Shown piece after piece: positions 1-13,744 of a stretch of 64,000 nt of DNA. The notes below the pieces were generated by a model. That model made no database searches and was not told where the DNA came from. It saw nothing but the letters and a program-made list of their open reading frames with translations. The first letter of the stretch is position 1; each line of letters opens with the position of its first letter. Position numbers and translations under genes: made by a program. The DNA comes from Phyllobates terribilis (lineage: Eukaryota): NCBI RefSeq assembly GCF_046119375.1, contig NW_027362763.1, positions 288,796,001-288,860,000 of the forward strand. Direction: 5' to 3'.

Positions 1-1527
1 ACAGCAATGTATACTTACAGGAGTGTAAAATAACTCCTGTCGGTATACATTGCTGCTGCAGGAGTGAGGTCACTGGGGTTCATCAACTGAAGATCAGCTG
101 ATCAGCCGCGGTGAGCTCACCACCAGTACTGGTGGGAACATTCTTGAGAATGCCGCGAAAAAGCATCAAAAACGCTACGTGTGCACATAACCTTAAGTGT
201 GCATATCAAAACATTGCATGGTCAAAAAGTAATCATGAGAAATCTATAACCAATCCTAAATGGCCCAAACTAAAAAAAATCAATATAATAACATGCTATC
301 TGCTAGCAAGTAAGAGTCCAATCTGTCCAGTGAATACAGCTAAATAAAGTGCAAAGTGCAATCTGTCATGGACCTAGAAAGTAACAGCGTAGTGTGGGTA
401 ATTACTTTAAATGGGCAGAACTAACAGCATGATGTATGCAGCACATATCAATAAGCAGTGGTGCCAAATAGGTAGCTTTAAATTTAATCATGCAACGGAT
501 GCAGATAGAATGAAATAGTAACGTATAGTATCACAAAATGTATCAGGTAAATTATAAAGGAACAAATTACCTAGTCTGCCAAACACTGCCAAATCAGGGT
601 GGACTGAATAGTATTGCGTCTCCCTCACCCCGACGCCATTTCGCTTTCTCTTCTTCCGGGGGCGTATACCTATTGCAGGGGGCTAGATACTGAGGACGTC
701 CTCTGACTCCCGTGTTCAGGGTGGCCAATTTTTTCCACCCTTTGGAAATTGATGGAACTATACCAGCAACAGGAAATGAAAGAAAGAACGGGAAAATGTA
801 ATATTTTTGCATGTCTTAGGGTGTGAAAGCAACCTAAGACACGTGTGAAACACCAGTCATAGAGAATCGCCCCCATTGTGTTAATAAGCTTTCTGCTTAT
901 ACCTATAAGCTGTCATAGATGTGAGCAGAATCTAGGCAGGTACAAGGAAATAACTGCCCATCAGCTGCAGCAAAATCCTAGCATAACGCATGCTTGTCTA
1001 GGGGAACTTCACACTTTGCACATTTAGTGCAGTTTTCTGTAGTGGGCCTACAACAATAGCCATGCTTTTTGCAGATTCGCCTCAGATTTTATCCCTTTGG
1101 TTGCTAAGAATGAAATCTACACTGTATTCAGCACAAAGATTTAACAAGCTGCAGATTTTAAAGTCCTCACCACATGTTTGTTTCCTTGCAAAACTTTTCA
1201 GCAATCTTATCTACCGAGCTGGTACTGTGGAAACCTAAGCAAAAAACAACCCGACCAAGAAGTGCATATAACAGAATATATTTTAAAAGTAAAAAATTTT
1301 TTTATTGAAGATTAAGGGGATAACAGGTGTATACAGATGGGAAAGTGAAAGGGGTTGCACACTCAACAATAGTAATGGAAACATATATAAATGGGGAGCC
1401 ACACATCACACAAAAATGGAATGCTGACATCTACCTGAATCAATGGGGGTTCTGCAAAAATGAATGTTTCAAAAAATGAAGCTATCATATTGGTGCAAAG
1501 TGGAGGTGATGTACATAGACACTAGTG

Positions 1528-4218
1528 CAGGGTCGGACTGGAGCACCGAAACGCCGGACAATTCTCTAGTGGGCCCGGGTCCTCAGCGGGCCCCCCGAGC
1601 AGGACGTAGAGGGGGGCCTGCTGGTTTCAACTGAATGTGCGTCCGAGGAGGCACATTCAGTTGAAATGTATTGCGATGCAGAAAGTCTGCACCGCAATAG
1701 TTAACATGGCCGCCGACTGCTGACGTCACTGTGCCCGTCGCAGGCGGAGCATGAAAGTGACCTCGACAGGCGCACTGACGTCAGCCGCCGGCCTCTGATA
1801 GGCCAATGACCATTTTAATATGACCGCGCTGGATCTGAAGAGAGGGGACTCGGTGTGGCGCCGGGAACGCTAGCAGGTTAGAAGAATTCCTTTTTCTTTT
1901 TTTTTTTTCTGTGGATGCAGGGTCAAGACCAGGAACATGAGACCAGCAGCATAGGGCCAGGACATAGGGTCAGGACGTGACGCCAGGGGAATGGGGCCAG
2001 GGCATGGGAGCAGTGGCATGGGACCAGCGGCGTGGGGCTAGGACATGAGACCAGAGGCATGGGGCTAGGACATGGGACCAGGACATGGGACCAGAGGCAA
2101 CCAGTGGCATGGGACCAGCGGCATGGGGCTAGGACATGAGACCAGGGGGATGGGGCCAGGATATGGGACCAGAGGCAACAAGGAACATGGGGCCAGCACA
2201 AGGGACATGGGGCCAGGACAATGGACATAGGGGCCCAAGATGGGGGTTTTTATTAATTAAAGGGGCCAGGTTGAGGCACTTACTGTATGGAGGCCAAAAT
2301 GAGGAACCTACATTATTAGTTTATGGTGGCAAGTGGACGGACATAATTACTGTAGGGGCCAATTAGGAAACATTACTGCTGTAATATAATTTACTTTTTA
2401 GAATACTGTTTCCCAAGGGGGGAACAAAAGGGAGACCCTGTTACGGTGCAGGGCGGCAGTATGTCGCCTTTTTCCTTCATCTTGCGTAGTGTATAAGTCG
2501 GGGAATAAGTGAGGAATGTGTTCTCAAAGCGATCAGCTATTGATAACTGAGTATTATTTTCTGCAGAGACGAGTCCTGGCTGGAAGAAGTGATGATGGTC
2601 TGTGCCAGATGAAGAAGAAAAGCGAAGATGAATGTCTTCAAGTAGAGACGTCACTGGTAAGTCAGTGTCACGGCTGTGTCAGATGTAACAGACAGTCGCT
2701 CTGCATCTGGCTGCAGAAGGTCACTGCGTTTGGCATTGCAGATGCCTTCTTAATCCTTCTGACTTTTGGACCAAGCAGCAACCTCGCTCCTGCTCTGATT
2801 GACACTCTGGTGTGGGTGTTTATAAACTCTCAGTCTGCTTCAGGGAGTCGCCGGTGATATTCTCATTTTTCCCTTGTGAAGGCTTGGAGTTATAGCAGTC
2901 GGCTAGCTTCCTCTCTGGTGCCGTTGGAGGACATTTAGTGTTATCCCTCTGGTGTCTGCTCAACCTCCTTTCTCGTCGTTTTTGGTGGCCGGGGTTGCAT
3001 CGGGATGTGGTTGAACACGTATCTGCTTGTAGTATTTGCGCACATTCAACCACATCCCGATGCAACCCCAGCCACCAAAAATGTCGAGAAAGGAGGTCCG
3101 CAGTTGCCTTACCACCTGGATGACCAGCAAGCACAGAGTTGTGATGTTCCTTAATTACTTTGCGGCAGAGATTAGATGGTACAAATAACCTTCCTGAAGG
3201 GCAGGAGGCAGGGGTGTCCCCCTTGGGCTCCAACACCTCAATGTCACGCACAGTGTGGGAAAGACTAAGTGCAACACAAAGGGATGAGGGCAAGGTAGCC
3301 CAGATACTAGGGAAAGGGGGAGCGGAGACCCCTAGGCATATCTAATAACACCCTGCCAACCCTACCATCCTTATATTGGTTCCACACCAATCGCCGAGCA
3401 GGAAACCTAAGCCCTGTATATCCCTAGAGCTAGGCCCTAGATAGGGAGGGGGGGGGGGTACTGTACACTGACACTATATACAGAGCTCCTGTGTATAATG
3501 TCACTGGCGATCATTGTATTACCTGTACACTTACACTATTTACTGTATACTATATACAGAGCTCCTGTGTATAATGTAATCATTGGTAATAACAGTGTTG
3601 TTAGTATTGTGGTTTTTATTAATAATCAGTATTGTAATATTCGATCACTATGTCGTAATATGTGGTCCGGTCATAGTGTGGCAGTATTTATCCCTGTATA
3701 TGGTATTATTCGGTCACTATGTGGTCTGGTCACAGTGTGGTTGTATTTCTCCCTTGTATGTGGAATTTTTTGGTCACTATGTGGTGGTAATATGTGGCCA
3801 CGGTGTGGCGGTAGTTCTCCCTTGTACAATATGTGGTATAATTTTGTCATTATGTGGTGGTAATATGTAGTCCAGTCATGGTGTGGCAGTATTTCTCCCT
3901 TGTGTGTGCAATTATTTGATTGCAAACTGCTGGTAATATCTAGTCTGGTCACAGTGTGGCGGTATTTCTCCCTTGTACAGTATGTGGTATTATTCTGTCA
4001 CAATGTGGTGATGTAGTCCAATCATGGTGTGGCGGTATTTCTCCCTTGTATGTGGTATTATTGGTCTTGGAATAGTGGATTGTGTTGTGTATGGCGGTCA
4101 TTTGTTCTCTCTGATATTAATAAGGAGAAGATTCTTTATTTCCATTAGTGCTTAAATACTGTACTTCTAACAAGATGCACTTACAGGGGTTCTCTGGTGA
4201 CATATCAGTCCGTTGCTG
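1528..4218. mobile_element. hAT-type non-autonomous element with internal minisatellites and a nested LTR/Gypsy fragment
   Basis: 8-bp TSD CACTAGTG at 1520-1527 and 4219-4226; imperfect TIR CAGGGTCGGACTG / CAGTCCGTTGCTG. Confidence 0.8.
2666..3455. mobile_element. Rearranged Gypsy fragment (LTR start plus integrase zinc-binding region in both orientations)
   Basis: TGTCACGG start; HHCC-type peptides EHHNSVLAGHPGG..LSRHFWW (minus) and LSRRFWWPGLHRDV..CSIC (plus). Right boundary is approximate. Confidence 0.75.
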
Positions 4219-5094
4219 CACTAGTGTAAAATCAAATTGTATGGTCTGCACTTACAAAATGATAGACAGTAGTAGGAGACTCCCAGAGGTGAGTGGCTTC
4301 AACCCCAAAGCGTGTTTTGGCGATTGCCTTCTCCAAACATTCTGATACTGTGCCAGACTGCGGACTTTCTGCACAGGAAATCCTCACCAAAGACAAAGGA
4401 CAATAGCAGAATGCTAATATGTAATTTTAGTGTAGTGCTCAACATAATCCTCAAGATGGCACATGCAGATTGAGAAAATTTAAGGCAGCTCTATAGCTGG
4501 TGTTATTGCATCTATATATGTTCCTTATGTTTTACCTGTAGAAGAAGTGGTATGGCTGTGCCCTCACTCGGCCCCTAATAAAAACTAGACGCTTTTTATA
4601 GAGATTCGATGTATCAGTCATGAGAAATCTAAGGCATAACCATATGCAACTCAGGCTGGAAGTGCCTTGTGGGCAGTGGCATAATATGGGTTGCCAGCCC
4701 CTGGGGCAAGGTAAGTATTTTGCGCTCCTTACACAATGTACTATTAACACTCCCCAAGTCCCTTCGGGTAATCCAATATGGAATTGTTTTTCCCTGTATT
4801 GTATTGCTTTTTTTAGGAAAATACTTATGCACTGTATAGGTGCGACAGTTCCTGATGGACCCAGAGCCAAAGGAGGCCGCCACAGCAGCACGGATCGCCA
4901 ATACCTATTTGGCTAACTGTGCACCTGAGGAAGTCGGCAGTCACCAGCTGGAAAGGGGGTAAGCCAACAACCACCACCACTATCCATGCCAGTTGATCCT
5001 CAGGGGGGGGGTGTCTCGCCCCATATTCCAGCACCCTGCAGTTGGGAGGGCTCATGAAAACTTGAAACTAGTTACTATGGGTGACATCATCACT

Positions 5095-5260
5095 GTTGGT
5101 CTCAAGTACACCAGTGCCGAATGAACCCTCATCTGCCCTGAATTGGTGTTCCCTGTAGACCTTATCCCTGGGAAGACCCAGAGTGTCACCAGGATTGGGG
5201 ATGTTCACCAACCTTTGCCAATGGCCCCAGTTTTCCTAAACTTTGATGCCGGAACGGGGT
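5095..5260 (+). mobile_element. Degraded Gypsy aspartic-protease fragment
   Basis: GLKYTSAE*TLICPELVFPVDLIPGKTQSVTRIG resembles the LRDTGA..LVRPELV..IPG protease motif from memory. Confidence 0.45.
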
Positions 5261-5789
5261 GTCTGAGAACCTTCCCACAAATGTGTTATTGGGGACCGAT
5301 CTGGAACAGTTGGTCACTTGATTCATTCCTGACAACCCTCCCAGATCTGATAAGTCATGTAATCCAAATGTTGGTTCTGGTTTTGGTTCTGATGGCTAGC
5401 AGAAAACACAAGATATATACAAAAGACGCATAACACTGTATACACAATGTGATTTGTGTTTTCAGGGGCAGGAACGCAACATTCCAGTCCACACCCCTTA
5501 CACATGGATCAATGTTAATCTACCATATGTGTTAGTTCACCTGAAAGTTTTTCCACATAGTTCAACTATCTACAGTATATGGAGAAAAAGTCACACCATG
5601 CACTAGTCTCATCGTTCTTTTGGATACACATTTAAATGGGCGCACAGAAAATGAATGTCACTACGATCACCATGCAAAAAGAACATATGGATGATAAACT
5701 GTACATGCCACCATATGGATGGAAAACATCCTTTTTTACTTTGATGAAAAAGGTCTATTTTTTTATATGCCAGTGAGAACCGAGCCTTA

Positions 5790-6485
5790 GGCTATGTGCC
5801 CACGATGCAGAAATGCTGCATATTTTTTCCGCCTCTCCCTGGCAGGAAAACGCATGAGTTTTTTACATGCGTTTTTCCCGCCAGGTAGAAGCGTTTGTCA
5901 AGCGTTTTTGCATGCATTTCTGCATGCGGGTTATCAAGCGCTTTTCCAAGCGATTTTAGCATCACTTGGAAAAGTGCTTGACAACTTGTTCACACTATAT
6001 AAATCCATTCAACCGGCATGAATTTATAGTAGTGTGGCCAAGTTAGTTTTAAAAAAAAAAAAAAAAAAATGAATAAGAATGGTAAAAAATAAAAAAAAAA
6101 AGATTATACTTACCTTCCGATGTCCTCCCGGTGTTTTCTCTGCTGCGTCTGGTGTCTTGGGCGGCTCGCGGTGGTATGAAGGACCTGCGGTGACGTCATT
6201 GAGTCATGTGACAGGTCACATGACTCAATGACGTCATGGCAGGTCCTTCACAACAACGCGACCCATACAGCAGACCAGATGGAGGGGAGAAAACACCGGG
6301 AGGACATCGGAGGATAAGAATAATCTTTATTTTTTATTTTAAATTCTTTTTTTTACAGTTTCTATGGTACCCAGGTCTGGATGAGAGTCTCCTTTCCTCC
6401 AGACCTGGGTACCATCCGCACATTGAACCGTGTGATATCCGCTTGTGCAGGTGCAGTGATGTTACGCGGTCCAATGCAAGTCAAG
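5790..6485. mobile_element. 3'-truncated copy of the same MITE
   Basis: TTA|GGCTATGTGCCCACGATGCAG start and shared internal sequence; no right TIR found. Confidence 0.75.
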
Positions 6486-9400
6486 TTACAGCCACACTAC
6501 TGCCTGTGCTTCCCTGAACATAGCATTAACAAATATAAGATACCCAAACTATCTCTGGCCTAGTAAGTAATGTACGCCACAACGATGCAGTTGCACTGGA
6601 CCTACAAACCAGAAGAGGAGTTAGGGATTCTAGCAGTTATGAGGAGTTTTGCAGCGCTCCTGTCCGGTGGCTATAAATCACCGTCATGGCCTCTGGATCA
6701 CGCTCCTGTCCGGTGGCTATAAATCACTGTCATGGCCTCTGGATCACGGTCCAGTGAATCGATTCTTTCACCACTAATTTCTAGTCATTCCATTGCTATA
6801 GCTAATTATTGAAAAAGTAGATGTAAAGACTCGGCATTAGTGTTGAGCATTCCGATACTGAAATATCGGGTATCGGAATTCCGATACTTTTAGAATATCG
6901 AATACCGGAATCGGAAGTTCCCATAATGCCTGCGCTCTGCAGTGTCTCTGAAGGATGACAAGCTGGATGGCAGCGCTCAGCTGCGATCCAGCCTGTCATC
7001 AGAATGCCATCCTAGCGTGAGAGAATTCTCCTGATTGTTTAAAAGCCGGCGGGCGGTAAAAAGCCGCCGGCTTTTAAACAATCACACAGCCTCATACTGC
7101 TTCCCCGCAGCCTACCACCCCGATCCTCCGCTCCCCTCGCCACCTCCCATCCCGATCGTAAGTTAGGACCGGGCGGGGAGCGCAGCACCAGGGAGCGAAA
7201 GACCCGGCGGGGAAGCCGGCAATGAAAAGACTTCACCGCCGGCTTTCCCGCCGGTTATTTCAAATGAACAGCTGAGGTATCAGGTGATGCTGATCAGCTG
7301 TTCATTTGAAGTAGCCGCGGTGCCCTCAGAGGGTTCATGTGAGTTCATGCTTGACTGCATGAACTCACATGAACTTTCCCATAGCCGCACAGGTCAGCCT
7401 CACCTCCCAGACCGGTCATGATTGGTGTGTGTGGGTGTCTGTGCGATGTGTGCGCGGTGTCTGTGCGATGTGTGCGGGTGTGCGCGGTGTCTGTGCGATG
7501 TGTGCGGTGGGTGTGCGCGTGCAGGCAAACATAGGCCGATGTGACACTACTACTCCCATCGGCCTATGTCTGTCCCCCGTCCACTTGTGCCAGCAGTTCC
7601 CATCAGCCTGATCCTGCTATTTAAACTACCCCATATGTTATTTTGGCCCTATACATGTTTTATTTTTTTAGGCCCCCATATTTTTTTTTGTTTTTGGTCC
7701 CCAATAAATTTTAAATACATGTCATTGGTGGCCAGTGGTTACCTAAAATAAATTAGTTTATACATTACCTGTCCCCGCCGATCGCCACCTAAAATAAAGT
7801 AAAAAATAAAAAACTACACCTATACTCACCTAGACACCTAATTCCCCGAAGCCATCGATCTCCTGTAATAAAATATAAAATAATAAACCACAACCTTATC
7901 GTTACCCCTCCGTAGTAGTCCACGAGTGTCCCACAATGATCTCCAGTTTAGAGCAGCCACATAGAATGTGACCACTCTGAACCACTGCCGCCGCTAGAAT
8001 GATGGGGCCGTAAAGCAGCCCTGTCATTGCATAAGCGGGTTCACCGGAGTTCAGGCAGCGCTGCTCTGGTTAGCTGCTTTACGGCCCCGCTGTACCGTGA
8101 GAAATTCCCACGGTACAGCAGTGCCGTAAAGGAGGTCACCGGAGCTGCGCTGCCTGAATGCACTCCGGTGACCTCAGTCAGTGGCTCCCGCTGCCGGGAG
8201 CGGACGTGTTCCCGGCAGTGTGAGCTTACAGCAGCAATGCACAGCTGTCACCATCTCCAGATGTGACAGCTGTGCATGGGAGATCAGCGCAGGAACGTGG
8301 ACAGGTAACTATTTTTTTTTAGTAAACTAAGAATTAAATAAAATGGTGTGTTTTATTTCAAATAAATTATTTTTTTCTGGGTGTAGTGTGTTTATTCTTT
8401 TTAACACTTTGTAGGTTAGTAATGGGGGTGTCTTATAGACGCCCATCATTACTAACCTGGGCTTCATGGCAGCTGGCGCTGACATGAACCCCACCACTAT
8501 TACCCCCTGCCACCGCACCAGGGCAGTGTGGAAGAGCGAGGCTAAGTGCCAGAATTGGCGCATCCTATGGATGCGCCATTTCTGGGGCGGCTGGTGTTTC
8601 TAGACTGGGAGGGGGCCAATATTCATGGCACCCTTCCTGGGTTATTAATATCAGCCCCCAGCTGTCTGCCTAGCCTTTGCTAGCTATTAAAATAGGGGGG
8701 ACCCCACGTCATTTTTTTTTTTTGGGGGGGGGGGGTCTCCCATCTAGCTATTAAAATGGGAGACCCCCCCCCCCAAAAAAAAAAATGACGTGGGGTCCCC
8801 CCTATTTTAATAGCTAGCAAAGGCTAGGCAGACAGCTGGGGGCTGATATTAGTAGTCTGGGAAGCTCCGTGGGTATTACCCCCTTCCCAGGCTTCAAACA
8901 TCTGCCCCAGCCATCTGCTTAACCTCCGCTAGAGACTAAAATTATGGGGGATCCCACGCCAATTTTATTTTTAATAAATCCTTTATTTTAACACTAAATG
9001 ACACTTGAGGGGTTAATAAAGATGCAGTCCCTAAATTATTATTTATTTTTTAATTAATTTTACCCAAAAATTTTGACGTGGGCTTTGCCATATTTTTGTA
9101 TGCCAGCCAGGTACAGCATCCAGGAACGGGCTGCCCCCAACTCCCTATTTGTACCTGGCCGGACACAATATAGGGAAGCCTTTTTTTTTTTTTTTTTTTT
9201 TTAAATTATGTCATGAAATAATTTAAAAAAAATACGTGGGGCTTCGCCCTGTTTTTGTGTCCAGCCAGGTACAACTAGGCAGCTGGGGGCTGGAATCTGC
9301 AGCGCAGGGAGGCCCAAGCTTTCTGCCCCCCCCCCCCCCGCTGCAAATTGCAGTCCGCAGCCACCCCGGAAAATGGCGCTTTCATAGAAGCGCCATCTTC

Positions 9401-10979
9401 TGGCGCTGTACCCAACTCATCCAGGGCCCTGGTGCGGTGGCTCACTGGGTAATAAAGGGGTTAGGGCCAGCTTGGCATTATCAGCTGGCCCTTAGCCCGA
9501 AATTCATGGGGTCACGCCAATATTAGACATGACCACCATGAATTTCTAGTAAAGTATTTAAAAAAGCACAACACCCAGAAAAAAGTCCTTTAATTGAAAT
9601 AAACACACAATTCTTTATTGTTCTAAATTAAACCATACTTACCATCACGCCCATTCCAGCTGAAGCCAACGATCTCCTGCAATAAAAGAAAAATAATAAA
9701 GCAACCTCATCCTTACCTTTCCATGGTTCCCACGACAGCTTCAGCTCTGCTACATCGAGATGACAGGCTGGACCGCAGCAGAACGCTGCCATCCAGCCTG
9801 TCATCCCGCGGACACTGAGAAGCACAGGCATGCTTGCGCTCCTCAGTGTCTCGCTGTGACGGCATCCAGATGAGCAGAGTCTCACGCTCACCGCATGCGC
9901 AGGAGAATTCTCCCACGCTGTCAGTGACGTGCATGAGGTGAGCTGAGTTCATTGGACATGACCTCGGCTCATCTGGATGTGGGCATGATAGCGGCACCCT
10001 GGGGTATACCGTTTCCAGATAAGTGGCGGGGTCTCGGACTAGTCCGGTTAATTTAAAATATTAATGCAGGCTGCAGTGTTTCTGCATGTATCAACAGCAG
10101 CCTATTTGTTATATGTTAGATACTGCAGGATTAAAGAGTTATTCTCATCTTGTTAAATGAGTGAAATTACAAAGTGCTTGTAAAAGCAAGCAACTCTGCA
10201 GTTTATCTCTTATTAAAAATCCTCTCGGTTCTCAACAATGGAGGGATTTTTAATTCTACCGATTACTGCGTTACCTAGGTTACCGACCACCTCTGCAGTC
10301 CATCAGAGGTGGCCCGTCTGTTAGGCAAGGAGTGTGCACTTGCAAACATTTTGATTTGCTCTGATGTTCTCTAGATGACTGGATAGCTTCCATCCCTATG
10401 CGCTCCTCCGACGCTGCAGAGGTCTAGCTGCCTCTGCCTTCAGCATCAAAGAAGGCACAATTAGGGCCAGTGGTGCAACCATGCAGTTGGTTCAAACTGT
10501 CAATCATCAGGAGTGCACTACCCCTTGGAAAGCAGGAAGCCAAGAGGCAAGGGGGTAGTGGCTCCTGAAGAACACTCATGTCCCAACCCCTTTAAAGGGA
10601 TTGTTCCTTTTTTTAGAAAATGTATCCTTATATGCACAGTTCATTATAAAAAACAAACTATGCTTTACTTACTCTCCCCCAGGTCCAGTCCACTGTCTCC
10701 ACCAGTGGCGTACTGCCAATGGCTTCAGGCCACGCTCTGCTGCTGATAGGAGAAAATGGCAGCGGAGCTGGAGGGATTCGTCCTCTGCTTCCCGTCCGGC
10801 GCTTTCTCCCTGACACAGACGCGCCCAGCTTGATGACGTCATCATGCAGCGCGTGCCTGGGTCAGGGAGAAAGTTGCTGGGAACGAGGATGCTGCAGGGG
10901 AGCGAGCTGAGAGGTAAGTGTTTTTTTTTGTTTTTTTTACTGAAATGCTGGGGAGAGGAACAGGTGAATGAGGGGAGGT

Positions 10980-11905
10980 GGGAGAGAGCAATTATGGGGA
11001 TGGTGGCGATGGGGAGAGCAATGATTGGGCTGGGGAGAGCAATGATGGGGATGGTGGCGATGGGGTCAGCTATGATGAGGATGGTGGCGATGGGGAGAGC
11101 AATGATGGGGCTGTCGAGGGCATTGATGGGGCTGGGGAGAACAATGATGGGGACAGTGGCGATGGGGAGAGCAATGATGGGGACAGTGGCGATGGGGTCA
11201 GCTATGATGAGGATGGTGGCGATGGGGAGAGCAATGATGGGGCTGTCGAGGGCATTGATGGGGCTGGGGAGAACAATGATGGGGACAGTGGCGATGGGGA
11301 GAGCAATGATTGATGAGAATGATGGCGATGGGGAGAGCAGTGATGGGGCTGGGGAGAGCAATGATGGGGATGATGGGGCGAGCAATGATGTGGCTGGGGA
11401 GAGCAATAATTGAGATGTTGGGGCTGGGGAGAGCAATGATGGGGCTGAGGAGAGCAATGATGGGGATGGTAGGCTGGGGAGAGCAATGATGGGGCTGGGA
11501 GAGCAATTATGGGGTTGGGGAGAGCAATGATGGGGCTGGGGAAAGCAATGATGGGGATGGTGGGGCTGGGGCGAGCAATGATGGGGATGAGGAGAGCAAT
11601 AATGGGTATGGTGGGACTGGGGAGAACAATGATGGGGATGGTGGGGATGGGGAGAGCAATGATTGGGGTTGGGGAGAGCAATGATGGGGCTGAGGAGAGC
11701 AATCATGGGGCTGGGGAGAGCAATGATGGAGGAGCTGGGACAGAGCAATGATGGAGGAGCTGGGACAGAGCAATGATGGAGGAGCTGGGACAGAGCAATG
11801 ATGGAGGAGCTGGGACAGAGCAATGATGGAGGAGCTGGGACAGAGCAATGATGGAGGAGCTGGGACAGAGCAATGATGGAGGAGCTGGGACAGAGCAAAG
11901 ATGGG
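10980..11905 (+). repeat. G-rich degenerate tandem array ending in a 25-bp repeat (7 full copies, 11718-11900)
   Basis: GAGCAATGATGGGG-based units; 132-bp internal duplication (11111 and 11243); GAGCAATGATGGAGGAGCTGGGACA. Confidence 0.9.
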
Positions 11906-12148
11906 GGTTTCACTTTGCTTGTACTGTAAAGCCTTATATATTTTCCGTGTGCACATAGCCTTACAGTTAACTGGGGAGAGTCACAGAGACTGAATAATTT
12001 GTATTATTGGCCGGTGGAGATAATAGTTAAAGGGGGGCACAGTGCTGCTTATCACTTTATATTTTCATTGGTGCGTGGCTAATAGTATATAAATGGGGGG
12101 GGGGTACAAAACTGTATTCAGGGGCGCAGTGTGGGGGAGACACATGTA

Positions 12149-13744
12149 CAGTACAGACCAAAAGTTTGGACACACCTTCTCATTTAAAGATTTTTCTGTA
12201 TTTTCATGACTATGAAAATTGTACATTCACCCTGAAGGCATCAAAACTATGAATTAACACATGTGGAATTATATACTTAACAAAAAAGTGTGAAACAACT
12301 GAAAATATGTCTTATATTCTAGGTTCTTCAAAGTAGCCACCTTTTGCTTTGATGACTGCTTTGCACACTCTTGGCATTCTCTTGATGAGCTTCAAGAGGT
12401 AGTCACCGGAAATGGTTTTCACTTCACAGGGGTGTCCTGTCAGGTTTAATAAGTGGGATTTCTTGCCTTATAAATGGGGTTGGGACCATCAGTGGTGTTG
12501 TGCAGAAGTCTGGTGGATACACAGCTGATAGTCCTACTGAATAGATTGTTAAAATTTGTATTATGGCAAGAAAAAAGCAGCTATGTAAAGAAAAACGAGT
12601 GCCCATCATTACTTTAAGAAATGAAGGTCAGTTAGTGCGAAAACTTTGAAAGTGTCCCCAAGTGCAGTTGCAAAAGCCATCAAGCGCTACAAAGAAATTG
12701 GCTCATATGAGGACCGCCCCAGGAAAGGAAGACTAAGAGTCACCTCTGCTTCTGAGGATAAGTTTATCCGAGTCACCAGCCTCAGAAATCGCAGGGTAAC
12801 AGCAGCTCAGATTAGAGACCAGGTCAATGCCACACAGAGTTCTAGCTGCAGACACATCTCTACAACAACTGTTAAGAGGAGACTTAGTGCAGCAGGCCTT
12901 CATGGTAAAATAGCTGCAAGGAAACCACTGCCAAGTACAGGCAACAAGCAGAAGAGACTTGTTTGGGCTAAAGAACACAAGGAATTGACATTAGACCAGT
13001 GGAAATCTGTGCTTTGGTCTGATGAGTCCAAATTTGAGATCTTTGGTTCCAACCACCGTATCTTTGGGCGACGCAGAAAAGGTGAACAGATGGACTCTAC
13101 ATGCCTGGTTCCCACCGTGAAGCATGGAGGAGGAGGAGGTGTGATGGTGTGGGGTGCTTTGCTGGTGACACTGTTGAGGATTTATTCAAAATTGTAGGCA
13201 TACTGAACCAACATGGCTACCACAGCATCTTGCAGCGGCATGCTATTCCATCCGGTTTGCGTTTAGTTGGACCATCATTTATTTTTCAACAGGACAGTGA
13301 CCCCAAACACACCTCCAGGCTGTGTAGGGGCTATTTGACCAAGAAGGAGAGTGATGGGGTGCTACGCCAGATGACCTGGCCTCCACAGTCACCAGACCTG
13401 AACCCAATCGAGATGGTTTGGGGTGAGCTGGACCGCAGAGTGAAGGCAAAAGGGCCAACAAGTGCTAAGCATCTCTGGGAACTCCTTCAAGATTGTTGGA
13501 AGACCATCAAGAGAATGCCAAGAGTGTGCAAAGTAGTCATCAAAGCAAAAGGTGGCTACTTTGAAGAACCTAGAATATAAGACATATTTTCAGTTGTTTC
13601 ACACTTTTTTTGTTAAGTATATAATTCCACATGTGTTAATTCATAGTTTTGATGCCTTCAGTGTGAATGTACAATTTTCATAGTCATGAAAATGCAGAAA
13701 AATCTTTAAATGAGAAGGTGTGTCCAAACTTTTGGTCTGTACTG
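12149..13744 (+). mobile_element. Tc1/mariner DD38E (Intruder-type) element, copy A; transposase pseudogenised
   Basis: TA|CAGTACAGACCAAAAGTTTGG...CCAAACTTTTGGTCTGTACTG|TA with long TIRs. ATG 12563 (MARKKQL). Compared with copy B it has a 10-bp deletion near 12643, a frameshift near 13152 and a 27-bp deletion near 13508. There are 38 residues between QQD and the PIE glutamate. Confidence 0.93.

Noticed and set aside
10669-11956. Pro/Ser/Ile-rich and Met/Gly-rich ORFs
   Set aside because: Low-complexity tandem repeat translations.
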